Assembly (NCBI GenBank): GCA_024233875.1 | Contig: JACKPB010000009.1 | Location: 149,191 to 208,773 of the forward strand | Source: Leptospiraceae bacterium | Lineage (GTDB): Bacteria; Spirochaetota; Leptospiria; Leptospirales; Leptospiraceae | Direction of reading: 5' to 3' | Length of the DNA: 59,583 nt | Shown here: positions 41,931 through 53,577 of the stretch, one piece after another | How the letters are laid out: every line of letters begins with the position of its first letter | Position numbering within the stretch: the first letter of the stretch is position 1 | Notes under the pieces: generated by a model | What the model was told of the DNA's origin: nothing | What the model saw: only the letters and a program-made list of their open reading frames with translations | The model's database searches: none | Made by a program: the position numbers and the translations under genes

Positions 41931-43418
41931 ATGAAATTTCTTCTCTGTTTAATCTTATCGATATTTACTTTTTCCTTATATTCGAAAGATAATATAAAAG
42001 AAAATAAGGAATCAAATGAAAATGGGAAGTTTTCAAATTTTTTGAAAAACGGCCCTGAAGAAGTTTTATATTCAGAAGATGACGATGATGATGTCGATGA
42101 AACTTCTCCTAAAACAAGCTTAAACAATGTCACTGTTCCTACTGCACCCAAAAGCTCAAAAGAAACAAATGCTCCCAAATTACCTTCTGACAGTGTAGGT
42201 GATTGGAAGAATTCAAATGAAGAAATAGATACTGAAGCTAAGCGAATAGAAATTGAATCTTCTCTAAAAAAGCTAAGAGAATACTCAGCACGAGGAAATA
42301 GTTCATCTATAAAGCAAATTTCCAGAATCTTATTAAAGCACAAATATCCTGAAGTAAGAGCTGAAGCCGCCAGATCCCTCGGTCGACTCAAATCCGGATT
42401 GAAGTACTTACATAAAGCAATAGAGAATGACGCCTACGAAGTCAAGCAGCAGGCATACAGAGCGATAGAAGGAATTGGTTCACGAAAGTCTTTAAAGTAC
42501 TTTCGTGCCGGAATCAACTCTTCCGATGAAGATATCCGAATTTCTTCCTTTAAAGGATTAGGAAAGTCTAAAACTAGCCAGGGAAGAGATTTGATTTTGA
42601 GATACGGTCTGTACTCTGACAATTCCAAAATCATTTCAGCAGCATTGGAAGGTCTGGGAAATTATTCCAGATCTGAAGACTTGGATGTATTTCGCAAGTT
42701 TTTACAATCTGATGTGATTGCTTTACGAAGCGGAGCAATAGCCGGTCTCGGAAATTCAAAACAAAATGGATCTGTAGATTTATTACTGACAGCTTATGAG
42801 AACAATCCGGATCTAGCCCCTGAAGTAATCATTGCCTTGAACCAAAAAACCAATCTAGCGGGAACTCTAGCTTTGATAAAACTTCTCCACGCTATAAAAA
42901 ATGAAAATTATCAAAATCTAATTAAGAAAGAACTCTATAGAAGAAAGGCATTCGGTCAATATGCAATCGTATCAAATCAATTGGCTTCTATGAGATACAG
43001 CCCCAGACCCAATTCAAAAAAAGTAACTATCCTAAGAATGGGTGATGTAGCCAAAGTTAAGAATATAACCAGTAAGTATTTCAAAGCTAAAATGAACAAT
43101 CAGATAGTAGAAGATAGATACTTTCAGCTTTTGGCTGTGAACCGTGATACAAATCAATCAAAGCGAAGTATCGTTCAGGGTTGGGTATTCGGACCGAAGA
43201 TTGAAGTAATCTCCTTGAACAATCCAGGAAAAGAGTACTACCAGAAAAAAGGTAAAGGTGAAAATTCAGAGGATGAAGATAGTGAAGATGAAATCATTCC
43301 CGGTGATATTTTTACCAAACAACAAAAGCAACCAGCTATAAAAATTGAGACTAAATCAGACAAAGTAGAAAAAGTAGAAGAGAAAAATCAGGAACTAAAT
43401 GATCTAGAAGATGAATAA
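41931..43418 (+). CDS. Secreted HEAT/PBS-lyase-repeat protein with C-terminal SH3-like domain and acidic tail
   Basis: Signal peptide. Repeated ..VRAEAARSLGRL.. / ..VKQQAYRAIEGIG.. / ..IRISSFKGLGK.. units. The C-terminal segment from VTILRMGDVAKV is SH3b-like. Confidence 0.55.
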   Translation: MKFLLCLILSIFTFSLYSKDNIKENKESNENGKFSNFLKNGPEEVLYSEDDDDDVDETSPKTSLNNVTVPTAPKSSKETNAPKLPSDSVGDWKNSNEEIDTEAKRIEIESSLKKLREYSARGNSSSIKQISRILLKHKYPEVRAEAARSLGRLKSGLKYLHKAIENDAYEVKQQAYRAIEGIGSRKSLKYFRAGINSSDEDIRISSFKGLGKSKTSQGRDLILRYGLYSDNSKIISAALEGLGNYSRSEDLDVFRKFLQSDVIALRSGAIAGLGNSKQNGSVDLLLTAYENNPDLAPEVIIALNQKTNLAGTLALIKLLHAIKNENYQNLIKKELYRRKAFGQYAIVSNQLASMRYSPRPNSKKVTILRMGDVAKVKNITSKYFKAKMNNQIVEDRYFQLLAVNRDTNQSKRSIVQGWVFGPKIEVISLNNPGKEYYQKKGKGENSEDEDSEDEIIPGDIFTKQQKQPAIKIETKSDKVEKVEEKNQELNDLEDE

Positions 43419-43457
43419 GGTTATTTAATAAATTCGGCTTTTTAACTATCTAAAAAG

Positions 43458-43498
43458 GAATCCACGGTAAGCATTAGCAAACCGTGGATTTTTTTTTA
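43458..43498. terminator. Bidirectional rho-independent terminator between convergent genes
   Basis: AATCCACGGT-AAGCATTAGCAA-ACCGTGGATT forms a stem-loop followed by T9. Confidence 0.6.
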
Positions 43499-44767
43499 TC
43501 TTTTGTCTATACCTACATACTTTCTGTTCATTTCACCGGTATAAATTTGGCGGGGTCGAGCTTTTTTGTAATTATTATTGACTCTCAATTCTCTCCAGTG
43601 AGCCAACCATCCGGGTAATTTCCCGATAGCCTGCATTAGTGTGAACATGTTTTTAGGGATACCCATACTATAGAACATGACTCCGCTATAGAACTCCAGG
43701 TTGGGATACAAATTTCTTTCAATAAAATAGGGATCGTTAAGGAAATAATTCTCAACTTTTTTAGCAACATCTAAAATAGGAGAGATGTAATTTCCACAGA
43801 ACTCTTTAAAAATCTCTCTGGCTACTAAGGCTCTCGGACTGGTCTTTTCATATGCTGAATGTCCGATGAAAGTAGGAACCATATCAGAATTTTTCATTTC
43901 TTCTATGATTCTTTCAAAATCACCATTGTTTTCCAAGATTTCTTCTAATAATTCTACTGCCGCAACACTCTGACCACCTTCCCGCGAACCCCAGAGAGCG
44001 GAAATTCCAGCGCTAATCGAGGCAAAAAGATTGGCTTTTGTGGAACCCACCAATTGAACTGTAGTAGCTGCTACATTCTGTTCGTGTTCTGCGTATAGAA
44101 TCCAGAGTTGATTCAAAAGTTTTTCATAATACGGGTCAACATTATAACTTTCAGCAGGTACAGAGAAAAGCATGTGAAGAAAATTTGAACAATAAGGCAA
44201 TCGATCCAAAGGATAGATGAATGGTTGACCGATCATTTTTTTATAGGAAAATGCACTGATTGTTCGAACTTTTGCAAGAAGCCGTGATACTTGATCCACT
44301 CCCTTATCTATCGATTCTTCGTATTCCTCTGAATAATAGCTTGAAAGAGACATAACCATGGTTGATAGAACTGCCAGAGGATGGGCTTTTCCGGGAAATC
44401 CATCGAATAGGTTCACCATATCTTCATGGATCAATGAATGTTTGGAGAGTCTTTTGGAAAAATCAGTTAATTGTTCCTTCTTGGGTAGATCTCCATAGAT
44501 CAAAAGATATGCGGTTTCTACGAATGTAGAGTTTTTTACCAGGTCACCTACATCGTATCCCCGATAGGTTAAGGTACCTTCGGAAGCATCTCTACGGGAG
44601 ACCCGACTGTTTCCGACAGCAGTATTGAAAAATCCGGGATCTACTGCTACATATCCAGTTTCTTTATAAAGATTGGATATGTCTATACCACTTCTTCCGT
44701 CTGTTCCGGTGAAAATGTCCAGTTCGTATTTTTTTCCTTTGATAATCAATTCTGCTTTTTGAGACAT
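43496..44767 (-). CDS. gltA: Citrate synthase
   Basis: 423 aa. KGKKYELDI..GTDG..GIDISNL N-terminus and the conserved His/Asp catalytic regions. Confidence 0.9.
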   Translation of the reverse strand: MSQKAELIIKGKKYELDIFTGTDGRSGIDISNLYKETGYVAVDPGFFNTAVGNSRVSRRDASEGTLTYRGYDVGDLVKNSTFVETAYLLIYGDLPKKEQLTDFSKRLSKHSLIHEDMVNLFDGFPGKAHPLAVLSTMVMSLSSYYSEEYEESIDKGVDQVSRLLAKVRTISAFSYKKMIGQPFIYPLDRLPYCSNFLHMLFSVPAESYNVDPYYEKLLNQLWILYAEHEQNVAATTVQLVGSTKANLFASISAGISALWGSREGGQSVAAVELLEEILENNGDFERIIEEMKNSDMVPTFIGHSAYEKTSPRALVAREIFKEFCGNYISPILDVAKKVENYFLNDPYFIERNLYPNLEFYSGVMFYSMGIPKNMFTLMQAIGKLPGWLAHWRELRVNNNYKKARPRQIYTGEMNRKYVGIDKR

Positions 44768-44947
44768 TAGCCTAATACTCCTTTACAGACAAGGTAGGAG
44801 TTCATAGGTTTCTGGACAAATAAAAAATCTCCTGACCTAAGGTGGTGGAAATCAAGTTTTTTGGTTCTACCTTCCGTTTTTCTAATTTAAAGAGTAAAAT
44901 CGTGTACCTTACTTGAATTTGGAGAATCCTGAAAGAACCTGTAAAAT

Positions 44948-45979
44948 ATGAAGAAATTGATATTGATTCTTTCCTGCCTTTTGATGGAAAATTGTCTTTC
45001 TTATTTAGGTCATCTGGCGATCGGTCAATTGCAGATCTTAGCCAAAAGAGAAAAATTAGAACTTGCGATTGAAAGTAGCGAGGATCCCACTATTCAGGAG
45101 AAACTGAAATTGATCCAATCAGTAAGGCAATTTTCCATTGATCAATTGGGTCTAAATCCGGGAGGAGGGTTTGAGTACTATACACAATTGGATAGAGAAG
45201 AAATCGGTTGGCATGTGACAGCGTCTTACCCTTTAAAAATGCAATCCTATACATGGTGGTTCCCGATTGTTGGGGAAGTGCCTTACAAAGGATTTTTCCA
45301 AAGAGAAAAGGCTATCCAATTGCAGGAAGATCTAAAAGAAAAAGGTTTGGATACAAAACTGAGGATCACCGCAGGATATTCTACCCTGGGTTGGTTTTCC
45401 GATCCGGTCCTCTCTCCGCAATTGAAGCTGAGTGAACCTGACCTGGTGGGACTGGTCATTCATGAAATGTCCCATTCTACGATCTACTTTCCGGGGGATT
45501 CTCTGTTCAATGAGTCATACGCTTCATTTGTGGAGGATAAGGGAGTAGAAATTTTTTATAATACAACTTTTCCCGAAAGATCAGAGTCGATACTAAAGAT
45601 ATGGAAAGAAAGAAAAAAGCTTAAAAAAAAATTGGTGGAAGAGTTCTTGATTACAGGAAGAAAATTAGAATTTGAGTACAACTCAGAAAAGTCAGATGAG
45701 GAAAAATATCAGGCTAAAAAGACTATACTGGATTCTTTTAAATCAAAAATTCATGAAATGAATCAAAGCAATCCCTCTAAAATTTTAGAAAGACTCGAAC
45801 ACTCTGAAATCAATAATGAAACATTTATTGGATTTTTGAGATATGAATCAGGTGAAGAGTACTTTCAGAGGGTTTTTAGTGATGTTGATGAAAAATTTAC
45901 TGCCTTCCATAATGAAATTAAAAAGTTAGAACTTGTACCGGAAGAAAAAAGAAAAGAACTTTTGCTAAATGCAAAATAA
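44948..45979 (+). CDS. Putative secreted zinc-dependent peptidase (HExxH; COG4324-like predicted aminopeptidase)
   Basis: Signal peptide and zinc motif VIHEMSHST. 343 aa. Confidence 0.5.
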   Translation: MKKLILILSCLLMENCLSYLGHLAIGQLQILAKREKLELAIESSEDPTIQEKLKLIQSVRQFSIDQLGLNPGGGFEYYTQLDREEIGWHVTASYPLKMQSYTWWFPIVGEVPYKGFFQREKAIQLQEDLKEKGLDTKLRITAGYSTLGWFSDPVLSPQLKLSEPDLVGLVIHEMSHSTIYFPGDSLFNESYASFVEDKGVEIFYNTTFPERSESILKIWKERKKLKKKLVEEFLITGRKLEFEYNSEKSDEEKYQAKKTILDSFKSKIHEMNQSNPSKILERLEHSEINNETFIGFLRYESGEEYFQRVFSDVDEKFTAFHNEIKKLELVPEEKRKELLLNAK

Positions 45980-46003
45980 TTCAATGAGAGGAATTCTTAC
46001 TAT

Positions 46004-46639
46004 ATGAAAATCTTAAAAAGATATTTTCTAATAAATACTTTGTTTGTTATCTCTATTCTTTTGTTATCAAATTGCTCCACCGTGAGTGTGAGTATCGCTG
46101 AAAACAAAGAACAAATCCAATCCATCCATAAAGTAGCTATCATTCCCTTTGACTTTAAAGGAAAAGAAAATATTGGCTATGAATTTGCAAACTCCTTATC
46201 GATTTACTTCATTCAAAACAATAGAATAGAAATCGTGGAGAGAAACAAAAATCAATTGGATAAAATCATTCAGGAGCAAAAGTTTTCCAGATCCGGACTG
46301 ATAGATGAAGATACCGCAGCAGAAATGGGTAAAATCCTGGGAGTAGATGCAATCCTGATCGGTGAAGGGGAAGCCATGACTCTTGGAGAATCGAAAGATA
46401 TAGTAAATAAGTTTAAATTAAAATTGATAAATGTTGAAAATGGAGTGATCATACTCGGAGTCATCAAGAATCCGGGTGTTGAATGGACTCCGGGGATGGT
46501 TTTTAAATACATCGTAGGCTTTACTTATATTTGGAACAAATCTGACCTTCTGGTACAATCCTCTCATCCTGATTTTATTTCAGAAGTAACTGTGAAGAAG
46601 GTTTTGTCTGCAATTGGAAAAGTTGAAAGAAAGAAATGA
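46004..46639 (+). CDS. Lipoprotein with CsgG/LpoB-like periplasmic domain (putative)
   Basis: Lipobox LLSNC-ST. VAIIPFDFKGKEN...ILGVDAILIGEGEAM resembles the CsgG-type fold pattern. Confidence 0.4.
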   Translation: MKILKRYFLINTLFVISILLLSNCSTVSVSIAENKEQIQSIHKVAIIPFDFKGKENIGYEFANSLSIYFIQNNRIEIVERNKNQLDKIIQEQKFSRSGLIDEDTAAEMGKILGVDAILIGEGEAMTLGESKDIVNKFKLKLINVENGVIILGVIKNPGVEWTPGMVFKYIVGFTYIWNKSDLLVQSSHPDFISEVTVKKVLSAIGKVERKK

Positions 46640-46647
46640 AGACTGTC

Positions 46648-48147
46648 TCAGGTTAAGAGACCGTTGCTCCTGGCAACTTTGAAGATATGTCCAACTTTTT
46701 TTTGCTCTTTGATCAATTCGGGGTTTGAAAGAATTTCAAAGACGATATCTTCATGCAGGTCTTTCATTGATTCAAACTCATCCCTGTATTGCAATACGCT
46801 AATCTTATTGAATAAAATGAAAGCTTGAAATTGCCAAATTTGATGTGCGAGTAGGAATCTAAGAGTTTCAATATCTTCTACCGCTTCAGCAGTGATGACT
46901 GCTTCCCGGTTGTCTGCTAATTTTTTGCAATAGTCTATGAAAGCTAGATTGTCGAGAAACTTCACCTTGTCTTCTTTCACTTTGAATTTGAAACTAATTG
47001 GATCTAACTTAAACTCCTGAATCATCAAACCCAGATCAAGTACAACCTGATGGCTGGAGCTCTTTACCCCAAAATCGTCGGCTGCAAAACTAAAACCGTA
47101 GTCCCAAAAGCACTGGCATACATCTTTCAGTTGAATTTCGGTTTCTTCGTAATGTTTTTCTATGAGTTCAAATCGCACATTTTGTGGGAGCAAACCTTTG
47201 GATCGAATCAGAGTGTTGAATCTACTGACCTTTTCAAAGTTTGCAAAGGTATCGATGAGAGATTGGGGTGAAATATTGAATTTTAAGAGTCCCGGTGCAT
47301 GGTCGCAGGCAATGATAAGTTTTTCTAGGATGAGTAATTCTATTCGTTTGAGATCCTGGTCGTTGGGAATGTCACTGATAAGATCTTTGTAACCTTTATA
47401 AGCACCCCCACCAACAAAAACTTCTCCACCCTTTACTGAAAAAGTCTTTTTCTTATGATCATAGTATACAGTCGGTTGGATCATAGCCTCATGAAAGGTT
47501 CCTGAAATGTATGAATTGGCCTTATTGAAATATGTCCAACTCCATCGAACCAGATTGTCGTTTAGATTCTTTTCAGCAGTCCGGAAGAGATCGTTAAAAA
47601 TTTCATTAGTAGTGGATATAAAATTACTCTGTGTACGCGAAATGCCATAATCAAATGTACAAACATTCTTTTTGTTGCATTCCTGATGGAACTTCCCCAG
47701 GGAGTTGTCTACATTCGGCATCTGCTCAATAGAAGATTCCAATTGTATTACTAAACCCATCAAAAGACTCTGTTTGCTTTCTATGAAATAGAAACCGGTA
47801 TCAATGTCCTTACATTCCAAAATGATTTTTATGTCTCTTTTTAGGATGTTGATAAAATCTATTAAGCTTTTGCCATGGATGTTTTCGAATCTGATGAGAT
47901 AGATAGGTCTGCCGCGATTGAGATCAATGAACGTTTTCTTGAAACTTTCCAGATCCTGAAGATCCTGAAGTGTTTCTTTTTCGATCTCATCCTGGTCTTT
48001 GTTTATATAGTTTTCTTCAGATTCACTTTTTTGCATAAAATCGATCTTGAGTAAGTTTACAGGATATTTAATACCATTGTACCATATGTCAATAGAATAA
48101 TAAATGAAAAAATAATTATCTATTGATTTTCTATAAGGCTTTCTCAA
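46648..48147 (-). CDS. EAL-domain protein (c-di-GMP phosphodiesterase-like) with uncharacterised N-terminal half
   Basis: The C-terminal half carries the EAL-family motifs in order: E(K)L, FNISPQ (N.S), RFELIE (ExxE), FAADDFG (DDFG) and EFKLD (K.D). The track start is probably too far 5'. Confidence 0.5.
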   Translation of the reverse strand: MRKPYRKSIDNYFFIYYSIDIWYNGIKYPVNLLKIDFMQKSESEENYINKDQDEIEKETLQDLQDLESFKKTFIDLNRGRPIYLIRFENIHGKSLIDFINILKRDIKIILECKDIDTGFYFIESKQSLLMGLVIQLESSIEQMPNVDNSLGKFHQECNKKNVCTFDYGISRTQSNFISTTNEIFNDLFRTAEKNLNDNLVRWSWTYFNKANSYISGTFHEAMIQPTVYYDHKKKTFSVKGGEVFVGGGAYKGYKDLISDIPNDQDLKRIELLILEKLIIACDHAPGLLKFNISPQSLIDTFANFEKVSRFNTLIRSKGLLPQNVRFELIEKHYEETEIQLKDVCQCFWDYGFSFAADDFGVKSSSHQVVLDLGLMIQEFKLDPISFKFKVKEDKVKFLDNLAFIDYCKKLADNREAVITAEAVEDIETLRFLLAHQIWQFQAFILFNKISVLQYRDEFESMKDLHEDIVFEILSNPELIKEQKKVGHIFKVARSNGLLT

Positions 48148-48156
48148 TTAAAGAGT

Positions 48157-49113
48157 ATGCGTCCTTCTGTCTTGCTTCCCAGGCTCATTAAAAATTTTGA
48201 TTCTAAACTGGATGAAATCATTCAGGAAGATTTACCTATCCTAAAGAAGATAAAGAAACATGTCATCCAATCCGGTGGAAAACGAATTCGACCTCTTACC
48301 CATTATTTTCTCTGTCAACTTCACGATTACAAAGGTAGTATCTGGAAGGACGTCGGAGCAATTGCTGAGTTGATCCATGGTGCCAGTTTGCTGCATGACG
48401 ATGTAGTCGATTTGTCTGAGTTGAGACGTGGCAAGCCTACAGTGGGAGCCCTCTATGGGAACAAAACCGCAATTCTCGGAGGAGATTATCTTCTGGCTTG
48501 TGGAATCGACCATTTGAATCGATTGAATCAGCCGGAGATTATGGCGGCATACACAAAAGTGATTCGGGATCTGAGTGTGGGTGAATTGATCCAAATGGAA
48601 TGGGAGAAGAATCCCAAAATCACTCTTGCTATTTATGAATCAGTAATCTACGGAAAGACTGCTTCCTTATTTGGAGCTGTATCTATTTCTGCAGGTATTC
48701 TGAGCGGATTGAAGGGCAAACCTCTGGAAAAGATTCATAATTTTGGAATTCAGATGGGACTTTTGTTTCAGAGAAAGGATGATTACATCGATTACTTTGA
48801 TGATTCAAAAAAATCGGGAAAGATTCCTCTGAAAGACTTTATGAATGGTCTCTATACCTATCCAATTTTATTGCTTCAGGAGAAGTTAAAGAAAAATGAT
48901 CTGAAAATAATTCATGATCTATTGAAAAAAGAAATGAAATCCGCCGAAGACAAGGCAATGATCTTACATTACCTGGAAGCATTCAATATACAATCAGAGT
49001 TATTGACGATGCTAAAAAATGATGGAAATTCCCTAATTCAATATCTGAGTGAATTGCCAGAAAGTGATATTAGAAAATTGTTTATTGAAAAAATTGAGGA
49101 ATTGATAAATTAA
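48157..49113 (+). CDS. Polyprenyl diphosphate synthase (IspB-like, trans-isoprenyl transferase)
   Basis: First DDxxD LLHDDVVD and second [13 protein letters not shown]. 318 aa. Confidence 0.85.
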   Translation: MRPSVLLPRLIKNFDSKLDEIIQEDLPILKKIKKHVIQSGGKRIRPLTHYFLCQLHDYKGSIWKDVGAIAELIHGASLLHDDVVDLSELRRGKPTVGALYGNKTAILGGDYLLACGIDHLNRLNQPEIMAAYTKVIRDLSVGELIQMEWEKNPKITLAIYESVIYGKTASLFGAVSISAGILSGLKGKPLEKIHNFGIQMGLLFQRKDDYIDYFDDSKKSGKIPLKDFMNGLYTYPILLLQEKLKKNDLKIIHDLLKKEMKSAEDKAMILHYLEAFNIQSELLTMLKNDGNSLIQYLSELPESDIRKLFIEKIEELIN

Positions 49114-50084
49114 GAGATTCGTTTGATTCCCAAAGCAGAACGAACTTTCTCCAGATTTTTTTGAGCAATCCATCCGGCTTTTTCTTTTCCTTTTTTTAGA
49201 ACAGATTCGATGTAATCCTTATTGCTAATGATTTCTTCCCTCTTTTTTCTATAAGGCTGAAAGTACTCCATAATGCATTCCAATAATTCTTTTTTTATGT
49301 CTCCATATCTGAGTCCCGGTGTCAAAAAACGGGTTCTGAGGTTTTGGGTTTCAGTTTCATTGAGAAACAAACTGTAAATGGCAAATATTGTACTGGTATC
49401 CGGATCTTTTGCTTCATCGATTCCGGCAGAATCTGAGACGATGGACATAACTGCTTTTTTTAAGTCCTTTTCTGAATCGAACAAATTGATAGTGTTTTTA
49501 TAGGATTTGGACATCTTCTGACCGTCTGTTCCCGGTATTACTGCACTGTCTTCATCGATTTCGGGTTCTGGTATTACAAAAACATCTCCATAGTCCTGAT
49601 TGAACCTTCCTGCCATGTCTCTGGTGAATTCTAAATGCTGTTTTTGATCTTTGCCTACAGGTACCACATTTGAATCGAAGGCAAGGATATCTGCTGCCAT
49701 AAGAATAGGATAAATAAAAAGGGATGCATTGGGTTGTAGACCTTTTGAGATCTTGTCTTTATAGGAATGAGCGAGAGAAAGCTGATTCACAGTTATGTAA
49801 TTGCTCAAGTACCAGGTCAATTCTGTCACTTCAGGAACATCCGACTGAATCCAAAATGTAGATTTGTCCGGATCCAATCCCAGGGCCAAAAAATCGGCAA
49901 CAGCATCGTAGGTATTGTTGATCAGGTCATCCCTTGATGAAATGGAAGTCAATGAGTGCAGATTGGCAATAAACAAAAAAAGATCAAAATTATCTTGATA
50001 TTTGATCATTTTCCGCATAACGGAAAAGTAGTTGCCCAGATGAAGTTTTCCGGAAGGTTGAAGACCTGTTAGTATTCTTTTCAA
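49110..50084 (-). CDS. trpS: Tryptophan--tRNA ligase
   Basis: HIGH-region [14 protein letters not shown] and KMSKS. 324 aa. Confidence 0.9.
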   Translation of the reverse strand: MKRILTGLQPSGKLHLGNYFSVMRKMIKYQDNFDLFLFIANLHSLTSISSRDDLINNTYDAVADFLALGLDPDKSTFWIQSDVPEVTELTWYLSNYITVNQLSLAHSYKDKISKGLQPNASLFIYPILMAADILAFDSNVVPVGKDQKQHLEFTRDMAGRFNQDYGDVFVIPEPEIDEDSAVIPGTDGQKMSKSYKNTINLFDSEKDLKKAVMSIVSDSAGIDEAKDPDTSTIFAIYSLFLNETETQNLRTRFLTPGLRYGDIKKELLECIMEYFQPYRKKREEIISNKDYIESVLKKGKEKAGWIAQKNLEKVRSALGIKRIS

Positions 50085-51952
50085 TTTTCTTCTCTTGATC
50101 CAGATGTAAATTCTTTCCCGGTAAGCCTGAAGTACTCACCTTTGAGTTTATTGAGATCATTTTCTAGCTTATTGTAGCCTACCAATAGGTTAGAAATCGT
50201 TTGATCCTTGAACAAAACAGCGTAGTTGAATAGAAGTTTGGTTAGGTCGTACACTGCATCCTGAACAGTTCTATTCTCTATTCGATTTTGAGTGACGATC
50301 TTAGCAGTTCCGTAGGGTATAAATCTTTGCATGGGTTTCAAATCTTCAAGAGTCTTTTCCCTTGTAGCGTAGGTTTTTTCATTTAGCTCTCCACTTCTTT
50401 CCAGTTCTTTTGCTAAACGATCATTTTCTACGACTACAGCAAGTTTTTTAGCAAATTTACCAAAAAAGTCTGCCGCATCACTGATCAATTTGACAAGAGA
50501 CATTTCTATCTGGTCGGTCGTTCCCTTGGTGAGATCATCGTTGTATTTTTTAAAACTATAACTAAAACTTGGGAATTTTCTATTGAAAGCATCTAGAGAA
50601 CGAAGAATTTGATTGGTTTTGTCTATTTCCGGAAAGAAAAGTCCATTTTGGAAAACCAGTACATCCGACATATTTCCTTTATCTTCTACTTTGATGTATC
50701 CTTCAAAAATTGGTAGGAATTGGGTTTGGATGTCCCTACAGAGCGCTTGAAGCAATTTTGGAGGGGATTGTCTGATAGACTGTTTGATCGTATCCAGCTG
50801 GGAATTGTCAGGATAAAATCGATTGATGTGTTCTGTGAGAATCGCATCAATGAAATCTAAAGAAATTTGATTTTCTTTTTTGAAAGTAAAGTAATTCTTT
50901 CTAACAGTTACCAGTTCCTCAAGACTACCTAATTTTCCGTAAATGTCATTGGATATTTTTGTGGAAGCCATTTCGATTTGCTTCATGATCTCCGGTGAAG
51001 CTGAAAATCTGGATTCATCGATAGGAGTGACTGCTAATTTTTTTTCTATATCTTCCCAGGTGATCAATTTTTTGTTCATAACTACATGAATGGCTATGAT
51101 TGAATCTTTCAAGGTAGGACGACGGGTTTCCAGGGTTAAAATATAAGTCAACCCTCTTACGATCGGTTCCAATTTACCTACTAATTTGGGTTCCATTTTG
51201 ACAAGGTTGGGAATCTTTTCCATGACAATGTCTTTGGTATCGGGTCTCTGAAGAATGCGTACGTAGTACATTTGCATCTTTAAAGATCGTCCCAAGAATA
51301 CTTCAGGGGAAATTTCATCTTTAAAGAGAGAATCGAGGGAGATAAACGCATTGAAAAACCTCCCAAAGTTCACTACTACATTGTACTCTTTGGGTGTCCA
51401 GAATCTCCAGCCTGCCTGTTCACAAAACTTTAGAGCCTGAGCAGTACCGATGATTTCTTCCTCAGATAGGAACTTGAAAATTTTCTCAACATTCACTGAG
51501 AGTGTTGGTTTTCTACCCAATAAACCTAGGTCCAAAGACTTAGATTCTTTTGCAAATTTAGCGATGAGATTGCTTCCTCCAAAAATTCTATCGATCAAAC
51601 TGGCATCATTTTTCTGAGGTTGTTTCTGGGCTTCAGATTGGATGGCGGCTTTTGCAATTTCAGAGGATGGGTTGGCTACTGCTTCAGATCCGGAATTTGA
51701 TCTTGAAGAACCCGAACCGGTAGATCCACCTCCTCCTCCGGAAGGAGCTTTTCTTTTTTCAAGCACCCGTTCTTTTCTTTCGTTCTTTTCAAATTCCTCA
51801 TCTAGTTTTTTGATCATATCAATTCGAATGAACACATCATTCGATCTGGTAATGATTTCGTCTACTTTGGCTTGATGCTCTGCAGAACGACTTTTACGAT
51901 ATAGGTTGGCAAAGATTTTATGTGCTTCGGTTCTACTTACATTTTCATCCAA
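50081..51952 (-). CDS. Large hypothetical protein with Gly/Ser-rich low-complexity linker
   Basis: 623 aa. N-terminal helical region, then [19 protein letters not shown], then a roughly 500-aa domain with no recognised motif. It overlaps trpS and the upstream LolA-like gene by 4 nt each. Confidence 0.45.
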   Translation of the reverse strand: MDENVSRTEAHKIFANLYRKSRSAEHQAKVDEIITRSNDVFIRIDMIKKLDEEFEKNERKERVLEKRKAPSGGGGGSTGSGSSRSNSGSEAVANPSSEIAKAAIQSEAQKQPQKNDASLIDRIFGGSNLIAKFAKESKSLDLGLLGRKPTLSVNVEKIFKFLSEEEIIGTAQALKFCEQAGWRFWTPKEYNVVVNFGRFFNAFISLDSLFKDEISPEVFLGRSLKMQMYYVRILQRPDTKDIVMEKIPNLVKMEPKLVGKLEPIVRGLTYILTLETRRPTLKDSIIAIHVVMNKKLITWEDIEKKLAVTPIDESRFSASPEIMKQIEMASTKISNDIYGKLGSLEELVTVRKNYFTFKKENQISLDFIDAILTEHINRFYPDNSQLDTIKQSIRQSPPKLLQALCRDIQTQFLPIFEGYIKVEDKGNMSDVLVFQNGLFFPEIDKTNQILRSLDAFNRKFPSFSYSFKKYNDDLTKGTTDQIEMSLVKLISDAADFFGKFAKKLAVVVENDRLAKELERSGELNEKTYATREKTLEDLKPMQRFIPYGTAKIVTQNRIENRTVQDAVYDLTKLLFNYAVLFKDQTISNLLVGYNKLENDLNKLKGEYFRLTGKEFTSGSREEN

Positions 51953-51954
51953 AA

Positions 51955-52563
51955 CTATTCCCTCTGGTTCAATGGATTTTCAACTATTTGTGCGCTGGAT
52001 GGAGGGTGATAATTGAAAATACTCGCCGGCAATCCAATATTTGTTTGAACACCCGATAAAGAAATTTCTGTATATGAATCCCTCCCCCTGGGTTTCATTC
52101 GAATACTTCGTAAAATATTGTTAGGAGTCATGGATACAATAATTTCCTCATATGCTTTTTTTTCTGAAGTTAGACGAATAGTGGTTCCTGTAGCACTTAC
52201 ATTTTCATAGCCTGATAGCAAACCGTACAATCCTCCCGAACCGCCTTTTAAATCCTGCTTGCCGGCAATTGCACTGGAAGGGTTGTAAAACCAGAGATGT
52301 TTGCCATTGGCTGATAGAATTCTTCCATCTGAAAGTTTTAAATAAAGGTTGTGAGGCTTTTTATAAGACATAAGTCCGGAAGTGCCATTTATAGTGATAT
52401 TTGCACGAATGCTTTCAAAACTATTCATAGTACTCAATAATACAGAGAGCAATTCTTCTCCGGATTGTGAATATAAGGGAAAAGAGAATAAAAAACCAAT
52501 AAAAATTATCGGAATTTTTTTCTTAATATTTAAAGGAAATATAAGGAAACTTCGGAAAGTCAT
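51955..52563 (-). CDS. LolA-like outer-membrane lipoprotein carrier/sorting fold protein (putative)
   Basis: Signal peptide. About 200 aa, beta-rich, with a pattern like the LolA/DUF4292 family. Weak assignment. Confidence 0.4.
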   Translation of the reverse strand: MTFRSFLIFPLNIKKKIPIIFIGFLFSFPLYSQSGEELLSVLLSTMNSFESIRANITINGTSGLMSYKKPHNLYLKLSDGRILSANGKHLWFYNPSSAIAGKQDLKGGSGGLYGLLSGYENVSATGTTIRLTSEKKAYEEIIVSMTPNNILRSIRMKPRGRDSYTEISLSGVQTNIGLPASIFNYHPPSSAQIVENPLNQRE

Positions 52564-52606
52564 AAAGCTAAGAAATGACCTTCCGAAGAAAAAATAAAGG
52601 AAAAAT

Positions 52607-53566
52607 TTATCCCAGAGCTTTTTTAAATTCTTTTGTCAAAGCGGGAACTACATCAAAGAGATCAGCCTGAACCCCAAAAGTGGCAACTTTGAAAATTGGA
52701 GCATCGCCGTCTTTGTTAATGGCTACAATGTATTTAGAGGATCCCATACCTGCCATGTGCTGGATGGAACCTGAAATACCACATGCTATGTAGCAATTTG
52801 GTGATACAGTTTTTCCTGTTTGACCAACCTGATGAGAGTGAGAAATCCAGCCTGCATCCACTGCGGCTCTGGAAGCTCCCATAGCGGCACCAATCGTGTC
52901 ACAGAGTTCCTGAAGCATAGGAAAGTTTTCTGGACCTTTCATACCTCTACCACCGGAAACTATAATTGATGCTTCTGTGAGTTGGATTTTGTTGCCACCT
53001 GACATTTCAGTTGAAGTGATCTTGGATTTAGTCTCACCCACACCCTGAGAGGTAGCTTCTGTTGCTCCAGCTCCGGCTGTTTGAGTGACTTCTTGAGAAT
53101 TGGGACGAACTGTGATCACCTGAATGTCTGTTGTGACTTTGATATTTGCATATGCTTTACCGGAGTAAATTGGCTTTTTAGCTACTACTTTACCACCGTC
53201 AACTGAAAGACCTACTGCATCAGCTATGATACCTGCATCCAGTTTTACAGCAACTCTTGGAGAGTAATCTTTTCCCATACCTGTGTGTGGCATGAGAACA
53301 ACTTTGGAACCTTTTTCTTTAGCTACAGCCGCGATTAGATTGGCATATCCTTCCGGATTGAAATCTGCTACATTGGCAGTAATGACTTTATCTGCACCAA
53401 CTGCTGCTAATTCGCTAGCAAATCCATCTGCTCCGGCTCCGATAAGGAGAACTTCTACCTGAGATCCTAATTCGGAAGCAATCTTCTTACCTGCGGATGT
53501 AATCTCTTTAGAGATTTTTTTTAGAGCTCCGTCTTTGATTTCACCTACAACTAATACATTAGACAT
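52607..53566 (-). CDS. etfA: Electron transfer flavoprotein alpha subunit
   Basis: N-terminal ETF domain and C-terminal FAD-binding region [15 protein letters not shown]. Confidence 0.85.
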   Translation of the reverse strand: MSNVLVVGEIKDGALKKISKEITSAGKKIASELGSQVEVLLIGAGADGFASELAAVGADKVITANVADFNPEGYANLIAAVAKEKGSKVVLMPHTGMGKDYSPRVAVKLDAGIIADAVGLSVDGGKVVAKKPIYSGKAYANIKVTTDIQVITVRPNSQEVTQTAGAGATEATSQGVGETKSKITSTEMSGGNKIQLTEASIIVSGGRGMKGPENFPMLQELCDTIGAAMGASRAAVDAGWISHSHQVGQTGKTVSPNCYIACGISGSIQHMAGMGSSKYIVAINKDGDAPIFKVATFGVQADLFDVVPALTKEFKKALG

Positions 53567-53577
53567 AACTTATCTCC

